From Candidatus Aminicenantes bacterium (GTDB lineage: Bacteria > Acidobacteriota > Aminicenantia > Aminicenantales > Saccharicenantaceae), in assembly GCA_041303965.1 (NCBI GenBank), contig JBFYOD010000037.1:8693-72692 (forward strand): DNA of 64,000 bases, in the 5' to 3' direction. Positions within the stretch are counted from its first letter, which is position 1; every line of letters begins with the position of its first letter. The notes below the pieces were generated by a model that saw only the letters and a list, made by a program, of their open reading frames with translations, had not been told where the DNA came from and ran no database searches. Positions 1 through 9,926 of this stretch are shown one piece after another. Position numbers and translations under genes: made by a program.

Positions 1-1
1 G

Positions 2-1360
2 ATCGAGGATTGGCAGTACGAGCTGACTTGCGAGGACCAGTACCGCCGATTCCTGACGACCGAGGCCATCCGTTTCGACTCGAACGCCTACGTGGTCAAC
101 TGGACCCATGCCTGGGGCGGGGCCCTCTACTATGAGCTGGCCAGGACCAACAACCTGACCTGGGTCGAATCCCTCGCGGTGACTTTCGGAGCGTCCCTGT
201 TCTACGAGTACGTCTCGGAGTGGCGGGAGGTCATTTCGGTCAACGACATGATCGTGACCACTTCGGGCGGCTACACCGTGGGCGAGCCCTTTTTCCAGCT
301 GTCCTCATATTTTCGCCATCAGAAGTCTCCGGTCCGGAGATTCCTGTCGTGGATAAACCCTTTCCTCAAGCTCAACAATTGGCTGGACCGGAAGAAGCCG
401 GGCTCGAGGGCTTATTCCAACCCCGGTTGGCACGACTTCGTCCTATCGGCCGGATGGAGACGGTCTTCGGGTGCCGGCCGGAACACCTTGGACACGGGCT
501 TCGTCGCCATCGAAACGCAGATGATCCTCACGCCGGAATACGGCCGGCCCGGAACGGTGCGCAAGACCCTCCGGGACACGTCCCTGAGCGAGCTCGCGAT
601 CGACGTGGCTTTGGCGCAAAGGCCTCCTGGCGAGGAACATCTGCGGACAGGTTTGGACGAAGAGATCAACTTCTCCACCCGGGTCGTAGGCCTGGCCACG
701 TTCCGGCAAAAGATCGATGAGCTCGGCCGTGGTTACGCCCTTTCCCTAGGCTTGGGCTCCGCCTTGACCTATGTCCGGAAGAGGCCGACCCTCTACGATT
801 CGCGGAACGCTCTGGTGCGCCTCGACCCTCCCCCCGCGACCCCCACGGATTTCCGGGACAAGATGACCGTCGCCCACCTCTTCGGGCCGGTCGTCGATTG
901 GACGCGGTTTGCCCGGGGCCTGAAGATCCGGGCCGTGGCCGACGCCTATCTCGATTTCGCCATGATGAACGCCTACGCGTTCAACGCCTTTTCCGCGGTC
1001 TACCCCATCGACGGAATGAAGTCGACTTTGACCTATTACGGCTACCACTATGCCCTGGGGGGGAGCGTTTCCGGGCGGGTCGATCTGGATTGGCGGAACC
1101 TCTCACTCCGCGGCCTCGTCAGCGCCCACGTCTGGGATTCCGTCGAGGGCCTGGACAGGTTCCAAGCCGATCTCCTGGACGATGGCAACGTCGTCGACAC
1201 CCGGGTCCGCTTTCTCCTCAAGGCCGGCTGGCGTGTGCCCAAGGTCCCCATTCGCCTGTACTTCGCCCTGGAGGGCATCCACCGCTGGGGCAAGATGAGG
1301 GACGTCGATGCGGGCGGCCAGGAAACGCGGCTGTTCGCCGGACTGGCCTATCTTTTCTGA
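2..1360 (+). CDS. Hypothetical protein, 5'-partial, possible outer-membrane beta-barrel (C-terminal ...AYLF)
   Basis: ORF tool start at 92 is GTG; frame is open back to the window edge, so the gene probably starts upstream. No motif recognised; C-terminal aromatic residue typical of OMPs. Nested ORFs on both strands judged spurious. Confidence 0.45.
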   Translation: MEDWQYELTCEDQYRRFLTTEAIRFDSNAYVVNWTHAWGGALYYELARTNNLTWVESLAVTFGASLFYEYVSEWREVISVNDMIVTTSGGYTVGEPFFQLSSYFRHQKSPVRRFLSWINPFLKLNNWLDRKKPGSRAYSNPGWHDFVLSAGWRRSSGAGRNTLDTGFVAIETQMILTPEYGRPGTVRKTLRDTSLSELAIDVALAQRPPGEEHLRTGLDEEINFSTRVVGLATFRQKIDELGRGYALSLGLGSALTYVRKRPTLYDSRNALVRLDPPPATPTDFRDKMTVAHLFGPVVDWTRFARGLKIRAVADAYLDFAMMNAYAFNAFSAVYPIDGMKSTLTYYGYHYALGGSVSGRVDLDWRNLSLRGLVSAHVWDSVEGLDRFQADLLDDGNVVDTRVRFLLKAGWRVPKVPIRLYFALEGIHRWGKMRDVDAGGQETRLFAGLAYLF

Positions 1361-1364
1361 GGTT

Positions 1365-2051
1365 TCAGCCGAAGATCTCCCAGCCCCGTTGCCGGGCCAG
1401 TTTACGCAGTTTTCGGTCCGAATGGACGGCGACCGGGTGACCGACGAGCTCGAGGACAGGCAGGTCCGATTTCCGGTCGGCCAAGGCCCAGGAGCCGGGC
1501 CAATCGATACCGCCCGGGTCGATCTTCTGGAACAGGGCTTCGACTTTCATGCGGCCGTAGGGGAAAATACCCGTTTTCCGGCCTGTCAGCTTGCCGTCGT
1601 CCACCTCGAGCTCGGTTCCGATCAGGATCTCCGCTTCGAGCCGCTCTTTGAGCTGGTCGACGAGGAGTTGGAGCGAGCCGGACAGGAGGATGATGCGGCA
1701 GCCCCCCTGCTTGAGACTGAGGATCTTGCTCCGGAGGTCGTCGGGGACCGCTTTTCTGAGGAAGACGCGGCCGAATTCGTGGGCCCACTGCCGGACCGCG
1801 TCGGGCGTCTCGCCGCGGAGGATTCGGGCGTTCGTGGCGATGGCCCGGCGGAAGCCCAGATGTAAGATGTCTCCGATGAACGTCAGCATGAACGCGGCCA
1901 TACGCATGACCCCGACCCGGCCGTGAACGAGAAGATGCAGGTAGAATATCCGCTCCGCGTTCATCCCTTTGAGAAGCGTTCCGTCGAGGTCGATGACGGC
2001 CAGGCGCGTCTTTTCCGCAAAGGAGATCCTGGCTTCTTCACCTGGTGTCAT
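1365..2051 (-). CDS. HAD-superfamily hydrolase (subfamily IB, phosphoserine-phosphatase-like)
   Basis: Motif I VIDLDGTL (DxDxT) just after the internal ATG at 2051; RBS-bearing start preferred over the 2096 start; last gene of an EF-G / ATPase / HAD co-directional cluster. Confidence 0.7.
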   Translation of the reverse strand: MTPGEEARISFAEKTRLAVIDLDGTLLKGMNAERIFYLHLLVHGRVGVMRMAAFMLTFIGDILHLGFRRAIATNARILRGETPDAVRQWAHEFGRVFLRKAVPDDLRSKILSLKQGGCRIILLSGSLQLLVDQLKERLEAEILIGTELEVDDGKLTGRKTGIFPYGRMKVEALFQKIDPGGIDWPGSWALADRKSDLPVLELVGHPVAVHSDRKLRKLARQRGWEIFG

Positions 2052-2141
2052 GGCCGGCAACCGCGCAATCGTAAGTCGTGAGGGCAGATATAGCACACAA
2101 GCCGGAACGAGTCAAAGCCGACTCGGCGCGTCGGGGTGCGT

Positions 2142-2873
2142 CTACCGGGTCCGGGCGCGGACGTCCTTGGCGATGAGGAGCGTCGTCGGGTCGAGCTTGA
2201 GCCGGAGGTCCTTGGGAGCCAGCCGGTCGTGGTCCTTGACCAGGCTGAAATGGACGTGGTCGCCGTGGTGCTGGAGGGAGATGAGGACGTCGACGACGCT
2301 CAGGTAGTCCGCGAGCTCGAAGGGGATGCCGCGGTCGTCGAAGAGGGGATCGTCCTTCTTGAGCGAGGCGCTGAACCAGACCTCGAGGCCGAGCCGCCCG
2401 GCGAAATCCTTGAATTTCCGGAGGTCTTCCGGTCCGGCCTGGGCGAAATCCAGGCCATCGACGATGACCGTCTCGGCCCGGAAATTGGCGTGGACGATCA
2501 TGGCCTCGAGGCTGCGCAGGACCTGTTCCGTCTTGGCCCCGTCCTGCTTGAAGTTCATGATGACCCGGTTGCGGATGAGTTCGTCGAACGTGTCCAGGGC
2601 GGACTTCATCTTCGGCTTCTTGGCGATCTCCTTGAAGATGTCCTCGTACCAGGTGATGATGTAGTCGACGCGGCTGGAGTAGGAGACGTGGATGATCGGC
2701 TTGTTCTGGAGAAGCTTGTCGGTGGCGATGTGGACGAGGCAGGCCGTCTTCCCGACCCCCTTCCGGCTGGCCAGGACGCCGATGTTCCCCTTTCCCAGTC
2801 CGCCGGAGATCGACTTCTCCAGGATCCTCAGGGGGCTGCGCTTGATGAGTTCTTCCTTGACCGTGAGCGTCAT
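2142..2873 (-). CDS. KaiC/RecA-superfamily ATPase domain protein
   Basis: N-terminal pattern ILEKSISGGLGKGNIGVLASRKGVGKT (KaiC/RadA-like Walker A); about 240-aa single-domain; 14 nt downstream of the EF-G stop with RBS. Confidence 0.6.
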   Translation of the reverse strand: MTLTVKEELIKRSPLRILEKSISGGLGKGNIGVLASRKGVGKTACLVHIATDKLLQNKPIIHVSYSSRVDYIITWYEDIFKEIAKKPKMKSALDTFDELIRNRVIMNFKQDGAKTEQVLRSLEAMIVHANFRAETVIVDGLDFAQAGPEDLRKFKDFAGRLGLEVWFSASLKKDDPLFDDRGIPFELADYLSVVDVLISLQHHGDHVHFSLVKDHDRLAPKDLRLKLDPTTLLIAKDVRARTR

Positions 2874-2887
2874 GAGTGTCTCCTCCG

Positions 2888-4978
2888 TTATTTCTGGGAC
2901 TCTTTTTTCTTTTTTTCGAGGTGCTGTTCCGTCAGGAGCTCGGCGATGTAGGCCGGCACGCGGCCGTATTTCAGGAATTCCATGGTGAACTCGGCCTTGC
3001 CCTGGGTCAGCGAGCGCAGGACCATCGAGTAGCCGAACATCTCGCTCAGCGGGACCTCGGCGTCCACCCGCGAGAACGTGCCGTCCTCGACCGAGCTGAC
3101 GATCGTCCCCCGCCGCTGGCTGATCGTGGCGAAGACGTTGCCGGCGAACTCGGTCGGCCCTTCGACGGAGACCTTCATGATGGGCTCGAGGATCTGGGGC
3201 TTGGCCGAGGCGTAGACCTGCCGGAAGGCGCCCTGGGCGGCGGTCTGGAAGGCGATGTCGGACGAGTCCACGGGGTGGTATTGTCCATCGGTCAGGACGA
3301 CGCGGACGCCGGTCACCGGGAAGCCGATGAGCTGGCCCTTTTTCATGACGGCCTTGAAGCCCTTATCGCAGGAGGGGATGAATTCCCGGGGGATGCGGCC
3401 GCCCCTGACCTCGTTCGAGAACTCGTAGGCGCCCTTCGCCAGGGGCTCGAGGCGGCCGATGACCCGGGCGTACTGGCCCGAGCCGCCCGTTTGCTTCTTG
3501 TGCGTGTAGTCGAAATCGACCTTCTGGCCGATGGCTTCGCGGTAGGCGACCTGGGGCATGCCGGTCTTGACCTCGGCCCGGTACTCGCGCTTCATGCGCT
3601 CGACGTAGACGTCGAGGTGGAGCTCGCCCATGCCCTGAATGATGGTCTCGTTGGATTCCGGGTCGACATGGGTCCGGAAGGTCGGGTCTTCTTTGGTGAA
3701 CCGGCCGAGGGCCTTGGCCATCCGGTCGGCGGCGTTCTTGTCCACGGGCTCGATGGCCAGGGAGATGACCGGCTCGGGGACGTAGATCGCTGTCATGGCC
3801 AGGTTGAGGCCCGGACTGCAGAAGGTGTCGCCCGAAGCGCACTCGACGCCGAAGAGGGCGACGATGTCGCCGGACCCCGCTTCCTGGATCTCGGCCATGG
3901 TGTCGGCGTGCATCCGGACGAGGCGGCCGACCTTGATCTTCTGGCCGGAGCGGGTATTGACGAGCTCGTCGCCCTTGCGCAGGCCGCCCTGGTAGATGCG
4001 GATGTAGGTCAACTGGCCGTAGGCCCCGTCCTCGAGTTTGAAGGCCAGGGCGACCGTCTTGGTTGCGGGGTCGTTGGTAAGGACGTGCTCGGCGCCCTCC
4101 TGGTCGAGATCGATGGCCCGGTTCTCGACTTCCGAGGGGTTGGGCAGGTAATGGACGACGGCGTCGAGAAGGGTTTGGATGCCCTTGTTCCTGTAGGCCG
4201 AGCCGACGAAGACGGGGACGAGCTTGCGGGCGACGACGCCCCGGCGCACGGCGGCCCGGACGAGCGCCTCGGTCGGCCGGCCCTCGAGCACCGCTTCCAT
4301 CAGCTCGTCGGAATACATGGACGCGGCATCGAGCATCTCCTCGCGCTTTTCCGCGGCTTCTGCGGCGAGCTCGGCTGGAATGTCCTCGACGCGGATGTCC
4401 TCGCCCTCCGGCCCGTCGAAATAGAGGGCCTTCATGGTGACGAGGTCGATGATGCCCCGGAAGGCGCTTTCGAGGCCGATCGGGAGCTGCATGAGGACGG
4501 CGTTGTGGCCGAGCTTGTCGGCGATCTGCTCGCGGACCTTGAAGGGGTTGGCCCCGACCCGGTCGAGCTTGTTGACGAAGGCGATAAACGGTACGTTGTA
4601 GCGGCGGAGCTGGCGGTTGACCGTGATCGTCTGGGATTGGACGCCCCCGACCGAGCAGAGGACGAGGATGGCCGAATCGAGGACGCGCAAGGAGCGTTCG
4701 ACCTCGATGGTGAAATCGACGTGGCCTGGCGTGTCGATGATGTTGATGGAGTGCTCGGCCCACTCGACGTTGGTCGTGGCCGAGGTGATGGTGATGCCAC
4801 GCTCGCGCTCTAGGTCCATGGAGTCCATGGTCGCGCCGACGCCGTCCTTGCCCTTGACCTCGTGGATCTTGTGGATCTTCTTGCAGTAGAAGAGGACCCG
4901 CTCCGTCAATGTCGTCTTGCCGGAGTCGATGTGGGCGCTGATGCCGATGTTGCGCATTCTCGCGATGTCCGTGCTCAT
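2888..4978 (-). CDS. fusA: Elongation factor G paralog (EF-G2-like translational GTPase)
   Basis: [10 protein letters not shown]1 motif, DxxG, NKxD, full five-domain EF-G length (696 aa). Not in an rpsL-rpsG-tuf context, so likely the second EF-G paralog. Confidence 0.9.
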   Translation of the reverse strand: MSTDIARMRNIGISAHIDSGKTTLTERVLFYCKKIHKIHEVKGKDGVGATMDSMDLERERGITITSATTNVEWAEHSINIIDTPGHVDFTIEVERSLRVLDSAILVLCSVGGVQSQTITVNRQLRRYNVPFIAFVNKLDRVGANPFKVREQIADKLGHNAVLMQLPIGLESAFRGIIDLVTMKALYFDGPEGEDIRVEDIPAELAAEAAEKREEMLDAASMYSDELMEAVLEGRPTEALVRAAVRRGVVARKLVPVFVGSAYRNKGIQTLLDAVVHYLPNPSEVENRAIDLDQEGAEHVLTNDPATKTVALAFKLEDGAYGQLTYIRIYQGGLRKGDELVNTRSGQKIKVGRLVRMHADTMAEIQEAGSGDIVALFGVECASGDTFCSPGLNLAMTAIYVPEPVISLAIEPVDKNAADRMAKALGRFTKEDPTFRTHVDPESNETIIQGMGELHLDVYVERMKREYRAEVKTGMPQVAYREAIGQKVDFDYTHKKQTGGSGQYARVIGRLEPLAKGAYEFSNEVRGGRIPREFIPSCDKGFKAVMKKGQLIGFPVTGVRVVLTDGQYHPVDSSDIAFQTAAQGAFRQVYASAKPQILEPIMKVSVEGPTEFAGNVFATISQRRGTIVSSVEDGTFSRVDAEVPLSEMFGYSMVLRSLTQGKAEFTMEFLKYGRVPAYIAELLTEQHLEKKKKESQK

Positions 4979-5191
4979 GGAAAGCTCGCTTTCAAAGATT
5001 CACGCCTGTCGGGATGTTCGGGGTGTTGCCGGTGCGGGACCAACGGGTGTACCGAAATCGAACAGTCGAATTAGCATTATAGCGGAAATCCCGGCCGGGC
5101 TCAAGTCGGCGCTCCGGAGGTGCGGGCTTGGTCCGGTTGTATCGAAGAGGCCGGCGTCCTATAATTGACGGGAAGATACGAGGAGGCCCGC

Positions 5192-6670
5192 ATGAAGAAA
5201 GCCTTTTTCGCCCTTTTCCTGGTCGCCCTGGCGCTTCCGACCCTGGCCGTCGCCCAAGTCCAGCCGCCCTTCGACGACTATTTCCTCGACAAGGCCCTGC
5301 GAGTCGACCTCTACCAGGCCGGGGACGCCAAAGACGAAAGCGTCACCGTCCATCAAGTCTACGAAGAGGGACTTTGGCCCGAATCCAAATCCGGCCTCCT
5401 CCCGCCCTTCGAGTACGGCCGCTACGTCATGAAGCTCTACGACGTCGCCTCGAACCGACTCGTCTTCGAGCGCGGTTTCGACACCATGTTCGCCGAGTAC
5501 AAGACGACGTCCCCGGCGCTGGCCGGGACGGGGCGTGTGTTCCAGCGCTCCGTCCGCGTCCCGTTGCCCAAGCGTCCGGCCCTCTTCGTCGTCGAAAAGC
5601 GCGACAAGCGCCACATTCCCCAGCCGCTTTTCAGCCAGGTCATCGACCCGTCCGATTACCACATCATCCGCGAACAATCCGCCTCCGGCGACTGGGTTTA
5701 TGAGGTCCAGGTCACCGGCGATCCCCATGACAAGGTCGATTTCGTCTTCGTCGCCGAGGGTTACACCGCCGAGGACAAGGACAAGTTCAAGGCCGACGTG
5801 GACCGGATGACGGCCTTTCTCTTTACGGTCGAACCCTACAAGGGCATGAAGGACAGGTTCAACATCCGCGCGGCCTTCAGGGCGTCGGCCGAACGGGGCA
5901 TGGATGAGCCACGCCAGCGCATCTATAAAAAGACCGTGCTCAACGCCTCCTTCAATGCCTTCGACCTCGACCGCTACATGCTTATCGAGGACGACCACCG
6001 GATGCACGAGATCGCCGGCCAGGTCCCTTACGACGCCATCATCGTGCTCGTCAACAGCAAGCGTTACGGCGGCGGGAGCATCTGCCTCGACTATTGTGTG
6101 ACCACCGTCGACCACCCCCGGAGCCCCGAGGTCTTCGTCCACGAGCTCGGGCATTCCTTCGCCTACCTTGCGGACGAGTACTACCAATCCGAAGTCTCCT
6201 ACAACGATTTCTACCCCGCGGGCGTCGAGCCGCTTGAGGCCAACATCACCGCCCTCCTCGATCCGGCCAACGTCAAGTGGAAAGACCTCCTATCGCCCGG
6301 TATTGGTGTTCCGACAGAATACGGCAAAGACAAGATGGAAGCCCTGCAGGCCGAGCGCCGGACGAGCCGGGAAGCCCGGACGAACGACATCGAGAAGGCT
6401 AAAAAGAGCGCGGCCCCGGAGAAGGAACTGAAGCGGGTCGAGGAAAAATACAAGGCGGCCGACGCCGTGCTGGCCGCGAAAATGGATGCCGTCCGCAAGG
6501 AATACGCGTCCTTGAATGACAAGGTCGGCGTTTTCGAAGGCGCGGGCTATGCCTCGAAGGGCCTTTACAGGTCCCAGGTCTACTGCATCATGATCGGGAA
6601 CCCCAAGAACGAATTCTGCCGGGTTTGCCAGAGGGCTATAGGCCGGATGATCGATTTCTACAGCCGCTGA
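5192..6670 (+). CDS. Secreted zinc metallopeptidase, M64 (IgA-peptidase-like) family
   Basis: Signal peptide MKKAFFALFLVALALPTLAVA after RBS GAGGAGG; HELGHSF HExxH zinc motif; C-terminal coiled-coil-like K/E-rich segment. Confidence 0.7.
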   Translation: MKKAFFALFLVALALPTLAVAQVQPPFDDYFLDKALRVDLYQAGDAKDESVTVHQVYEEGLWPESKSGLLPPFEYGRYVMKLYDVASNRLVFERGFDTMFAEYKTTSPALAGTGRVFQRSVRVPLPKRPALFVVEKRDKRHIPQPLFSQVIDPSDYHIIREQSASGDWVYEVQVTGDPHDKVDFVFVAEGYTAEDKDKFKADVDRMTAFLFTVEPYKGMKDRFNIRAAFRASAERGMDEPRQRIYKKTVLNASFNAFDLDRYMLIEDDHRMHEIAGQVPYDAIIVLVNSKRYGGGSICLDYCVTTVDHPRSPEVFVHELGHSFAYLADEYYQSEVSYNDFYPAGVEPLEANITALLDPANVKWKDLLSPGIGVPTEYGKDKMEALQAERRTSREARTNDIEKAKKSAAPEKELKRVEEKYKAADAVLAAKMDAVRKEYASLNDKVGVFEGAGYASKGLYRSQVYCIMIGNPKNEFCRVCQRAIGRMIDFYSR

Positions 6671-6683
6671 GCCCGAAACCGGA

Positions 6684-7754
6684 TTATCCCGCCGTTTCGA
6701 TGGTCCCGCCGCCGAGGACGACGTCTTCTTGATAAAAGACCGCCGATTGGCCCGGCGCGACGGACGAGACCGGTTGGGCGAAGACGATCCGGGTCCGTCC
6801 GCCGTCAAGCGGTGATATCTCCGCCCTGACGAGCCGGCCGCCCGAGCGGACCTTGACTTGGACTTCCGTCGGGGCGGCGAGCCTCTCGACCATGACCCAG
6901 GCGCAATCCCGGGCCACGCACGACCGTTTGTAGGTCTCCTCTTCCCGGCCGACGACGAGCTTGTTGTTCTTGGCGTCGATGGCGACGACATAAAGCGGGA
7001 CGGGATGGGCGATGCCCAGCCCCTTCCGCTGGCCGATGGTGTAGCTCCAGACGCCGCGGTGTTTGCCGAGGACTCGCCCTGTGCCGTCGACGATGTCGCC
7101 TTCGAGGCCGTCACGCCCGAGAATGTCCTTCAGGTCGCCGTCGTAGAAATCCTGGCTCTCTTTCTTGTCGTGGACGGGGAGTCGCTCCTCCCGGGCGATG
7201 GCGCGGACCCGGCTTTTCGTGAGCTCCCCCAGCGGGAAGAGGGTCGTCGCGAGCTGTTCCTGGGACAGGCGGTAGAGGAAATAGGATTGGTCCTTGCGCA
7301 GATCGACGGCCCTTTTCAGCAGGAATCGCCCGAGCGCGGCATCATGCTCCGCCCGGGCGTAATGCCCCGTCGCGAATCGGTCGAACGCGAGCCCCGCTTC
7401 CCTGGCCGCGTCGGGAAGGATGCCGAACTTGACCAGCTGGTTGCAGCGAACGCAAGGGTTGGGAGTCGTCCCGGCCAAGTATCCTTCCCGGAAATAGCGG
7501 AGGACGAGGTCCTCGTAACTAGCCGAGCAGTCGAAAACTTGGAGCGGAATACCGAGCCGGGCGCAGACGTCCCCGGCCGCTCGGATGTCCTCGGCCTCGT
7601 CGGGGCCGTAGCAGGCGCTTCGGACGGCGCCCAGCGCTTCCGGTCCGGGCCAGATCTTCATCAGGACGCCGGAGACATCGTGTCCCGCCCGGACCATGAG
7701 GAGCGCGGCGACGGACGAATCGACCCCGCCGCTCATGCCGACGGCGACCTTCAT
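6684..7754 (-). CDS. mnmA: tRNA-specific 2-thiouridylase MnmA
   Basis: PP-loop MSGGVDSS near the N-terminus; start trimmed to MKVAVGMSGG (TGATG overlap with the E2 stop); MnmA-length. Confidence 0.85.
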   Translation of the reverse strand: MKVAVGMSGGVDSSVAALLMVRAGHDVSGVLMKIWPGPEALGAVRSACYGPDEAEDIRAAGDVCARLGIPLQVFDCSASYEDLVLRYFREGYLAGTTPNPCVRCNQLVKFGILPDAAREAGLAFDRFATGHYARAEHDAALGRFLLKRAVDLRKDQSYFLYRLSQEQLATTLFPLGELTKSRVRAIAREERLPVHDKKESQDFYDGDLKDILGRDGLEGDIVDGTGRVLGKHRGVWSYTIGQRKGLGIAHPVPLYVVAIDAKNNKLVVGREEETYKRSCVARDCAWVMVERLAAPTEVQVKVRSGGRLVRAEISPLDGGRTRIVFAQPVSSVAPGQSAVFYQEDVVLGGGTIETAG

Positions 7755-8950
7755 CAGCCCTCCGGGTGTTCCAGGAAACGGACGAGGTCCCGGGTGAAGC
7801 GAGCCGCCTCGGCCCCGTCGATGATCCGGTGGTCGAACGACAGGCACAGAGGGAGGGTCTTTTTGACGACCACGGCGCCGTTCTCGACGCGGGCTCGGTC
7901 GGCGATCTTCATGGTCGCCAGGATGGCGGCTTCGGGGTAGTTGATGATCGGCGTCGCGAAATCACCGCCGATGACACCGACGTTGGTGATGGAGAACGTC
8001 CCACCCTTGAGGTCGGCTAGGTCCAGGGTCCGCTCCCGGGCGGCCTTGGCCAGGGCCTGGATCTCGGCGGCGATGTCGAGGACGGATTTCTCGTCGGCCA
8101 TCTTGACGACGGGAACGATCAGCCCGTCCGGGATGTCGACGGCGATGCCGATGTTGTAGTATTTCTTGACGATGATCTCTTCCTCCTCATCGTCCAGGGT
8201 CGCGTTGAGGGTCGGGTGGAGCTTGAGGGCCTCGATGAGCGCTTTGACGATGAACGGCAGGTAGGTCAGCTTGATCCCGGCGGCTTCGGCTTCGGGCGCC
8301 ATCTTCTCGCGGAGGGCAGAGAGTGCTCCGGCGTCGGCCTCGTCGCAGTGCGTCACGTGGGCGGCTTTGTCCACGGATTCCCGCATTTTCTTAGCCGTGG
8401 CCCGGCGGACGCCCCGCAGGGGGATCCGCTCGAGCGACCCGAAAAGGTCGTATTTCGCCTTGATCTTGATCGCGGGCTTCTTTTCGGCCGGCTTCTCCTT
8501 GGCCGTGCGGACGTCTTCCTCCGTGACCCGGCCGCCCGGACCGGTGCCCCGGATGATGCCGATCTCGACGCCCAGTTCCCTGGCCAGGGCGCGGACCTTG
8601 GGCGTGGCCAGGACCTCGCCGCTCCGGACGGGGACCGCTGCTTGGACCGGAGTCGCCGGGCGGGCCACCGGGATCCCGGCCGGGGCCGGGACGCCTTCGG
8701 GCACGGCTTCGCCCTTTTCGCCGATGGTCACCAGGACCTCGCCGACCTTGATGATGTCCTTTTCCTTGAAATGGAGCTTGAGGACCGTACCCGCGTAGGG
8801 CGACGGCATTTCGACGACGGCCTTGTCGGTCTCGATCTCGGCGAGCGTCTCGTCGGCCTTGACAACGTCCCCTTCCTTGACCAGCCAGCGGACGACCTCG
8901 CCTTCGGTGATTCCCTCTCCGACGTCGGGGAAACGGAACTCTTTGGCCAT
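7754..8950 (-). CDS. Dihydrolipoamide acyltransferase (E2) of a 2-oxoacid dehydrogenase complex
   Basis: N-terminal lipoyl domain (ETDKAVVEMPSP), Ala/Pro linker, E3-binding region, catalytic DHRIIDGA motif. Confidence 0.85.
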   Translation of the reverse strand: MAKEFRFPDVGEGITEGEVVRWLVKEGDVVKADETLAEIETDKAVVEMPSPYAGTVLKLHFKEKDIIKVGEVLVTIGEKGEAVPEGVPAPAGIPVARPATPVQAAVPVRSGEVLATPKVRALARELGVEIGIIRGTGPGGRVTEEDVRTAKEKPAEKKPAIKIKAKYDLFGSLERIPLRGVRRATAKKMRESVDKAAHVTHCDEADAGALSALREKMAPEAEAAGIKLTYLPFIVKALIEALKLHPTLNATLDDEEEEIIVKKYYNIGIAVDIPDGLIVPVVKMADEKSVLDIAAEIQALAKAARERTLDLADLKGGTFSITNVGVIGGDFATPIINYPEAAILATMKIADRARVENGAVVVKKTLPLCLSFDHRIIDGAEAARFTRDLVRFLEHPEG

Positions 8951-8951
8951 G

Positions 8952-9926
8952 TCAATACTCCATCAGCTTGCGGATAGCCCGCAGGACGCGCGCCGGGCCG
9001 GGATAATAAAGGTCTTCGCTTTTCGGCAGCGGGACCGTGATATCTTGCCCCGTCACGCGGAGGACGGGAGCGTTGAGGCTGAGGAGAGCGGACTCGCCGA
9101 TCGTGGCGGCGATCTCCGCCCCGAGCCCGCAGGTCTTCGGCGCTTCGTGGACGATCAGGGCCCGGCCCGTCTTGCGGACGGACGCGACGAACGTTTCTCT
9201 GTCCATGGGCGAGAGCGTCCGAAGGTCGATGATCTCCGCGCCGACGCCCTCGCCTTCGGCCGCTTCGGCCGCTTGGCGCGCGACGGGGATCATCGTGCCC
9301 CAGGCGATGATCGTCAAGTCCTTTCCCTCGCGGACGACGGCCGCCTTCCTCAACGGGACCTCGTAAACTTCTTCGGGGACTTCCTGCTTCTCCGCCCGGT
9401 AGAGTTTGGCCGGTTCGAGGAAGATGACCGGGTCATCGCAGCGGAGCGAGGCGGTGAGGAGCCCCTTGGCGTCATAAGGACTCGAGGGGACGACGACCGT
9501 AAGTCCCGGGATCTGGCAGAAGAGGGCTTCCGTGCTCTCGGAATGATGCTCGAGAGCCTTGACCCCGGCGCCGTAGGGCGTCCGGATCGTCAGGGGCACG
9601 GTGAACCGGCCCCGCGTTCGGTTCCGAAGCCGGGCGACATGGGAGACGATCTGGTTGAAAGCGGGGTAGATGAATCCCAGGAACTGGATCTCGGGGACGG
9701 GCCGGAGGCCTAGGGCCGTCATCCCGATCGACGCCCCGATGATGCCCGACTCGGCGAGCGGCGTGTCGATGACCCGCTCGGGGCCGAAGCGGTCGAAGAG
9801 TCCCTCCGTCGCACGGAAGACTCCGCCGTCGCGGCCGACATCCTCGCCGAGGACGATGATCCGGTCATCCCTCTCCATCTCCTGAGCGAGGGCGCGGTTT
9901 ATGGCCTGGACCATGGTCATGATCAT
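8952..9926 (-). CDS. 2-oxoacid dehydrogenase E1 component beta subunit (transketolase-like)
   Basis: Start trimmed to MIMTMVQAIN (ATGA overlap with the E1-alpha stop); typical E1b length and motifs (VLGEDVG, PY/DxKGL). Confidence 0.85.
   Translation of the reverse strand: MIMTMVQAINRALAQEMERDDRIIVLGEDVGRDGGVFRATEGLFDRFGPERVIDTPLAESGIIGASIGMTALGLRPVPEIQFLGFIYPAFNQIVSHVARLRNRTRGRFTVPLTIRTPYGAGVKALEHHSESTEALFCQIPGLTVVVPSSPYDAKGLLTASLRCDDPVIFLEPAKLYRAEKQEVPEEVYEVPLRKAAVVREGKDLTIIAWGTMIPVARQAAEAAEGEGVGAEIIDLRTLSPMDRETFVASVRKTGRALIVHEAPKTCGLGAEIAATIGESALLSLNAPVLRVTGQDITVPLPKSEDLYYPGPARVLRAIRKLMEY

Noticed and set aside
220-1440. Nested ORFs (220-720 plus, 412-699 minus, 898-1440 plus and others) inside the first gene
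   Set aside because: Overlap the longer 2-1360 frame; His/Arg/Pro-rich translations without motifs.
2876-4813. 645-aa plus-strand ORF
   Set aside because: Entirely antisense to the highly conserved EF-G gene. Gly/Asp/Ala/Arg-rich composition typical of spurious antisense frames in GC-rich DNA, with no recognisable motif.
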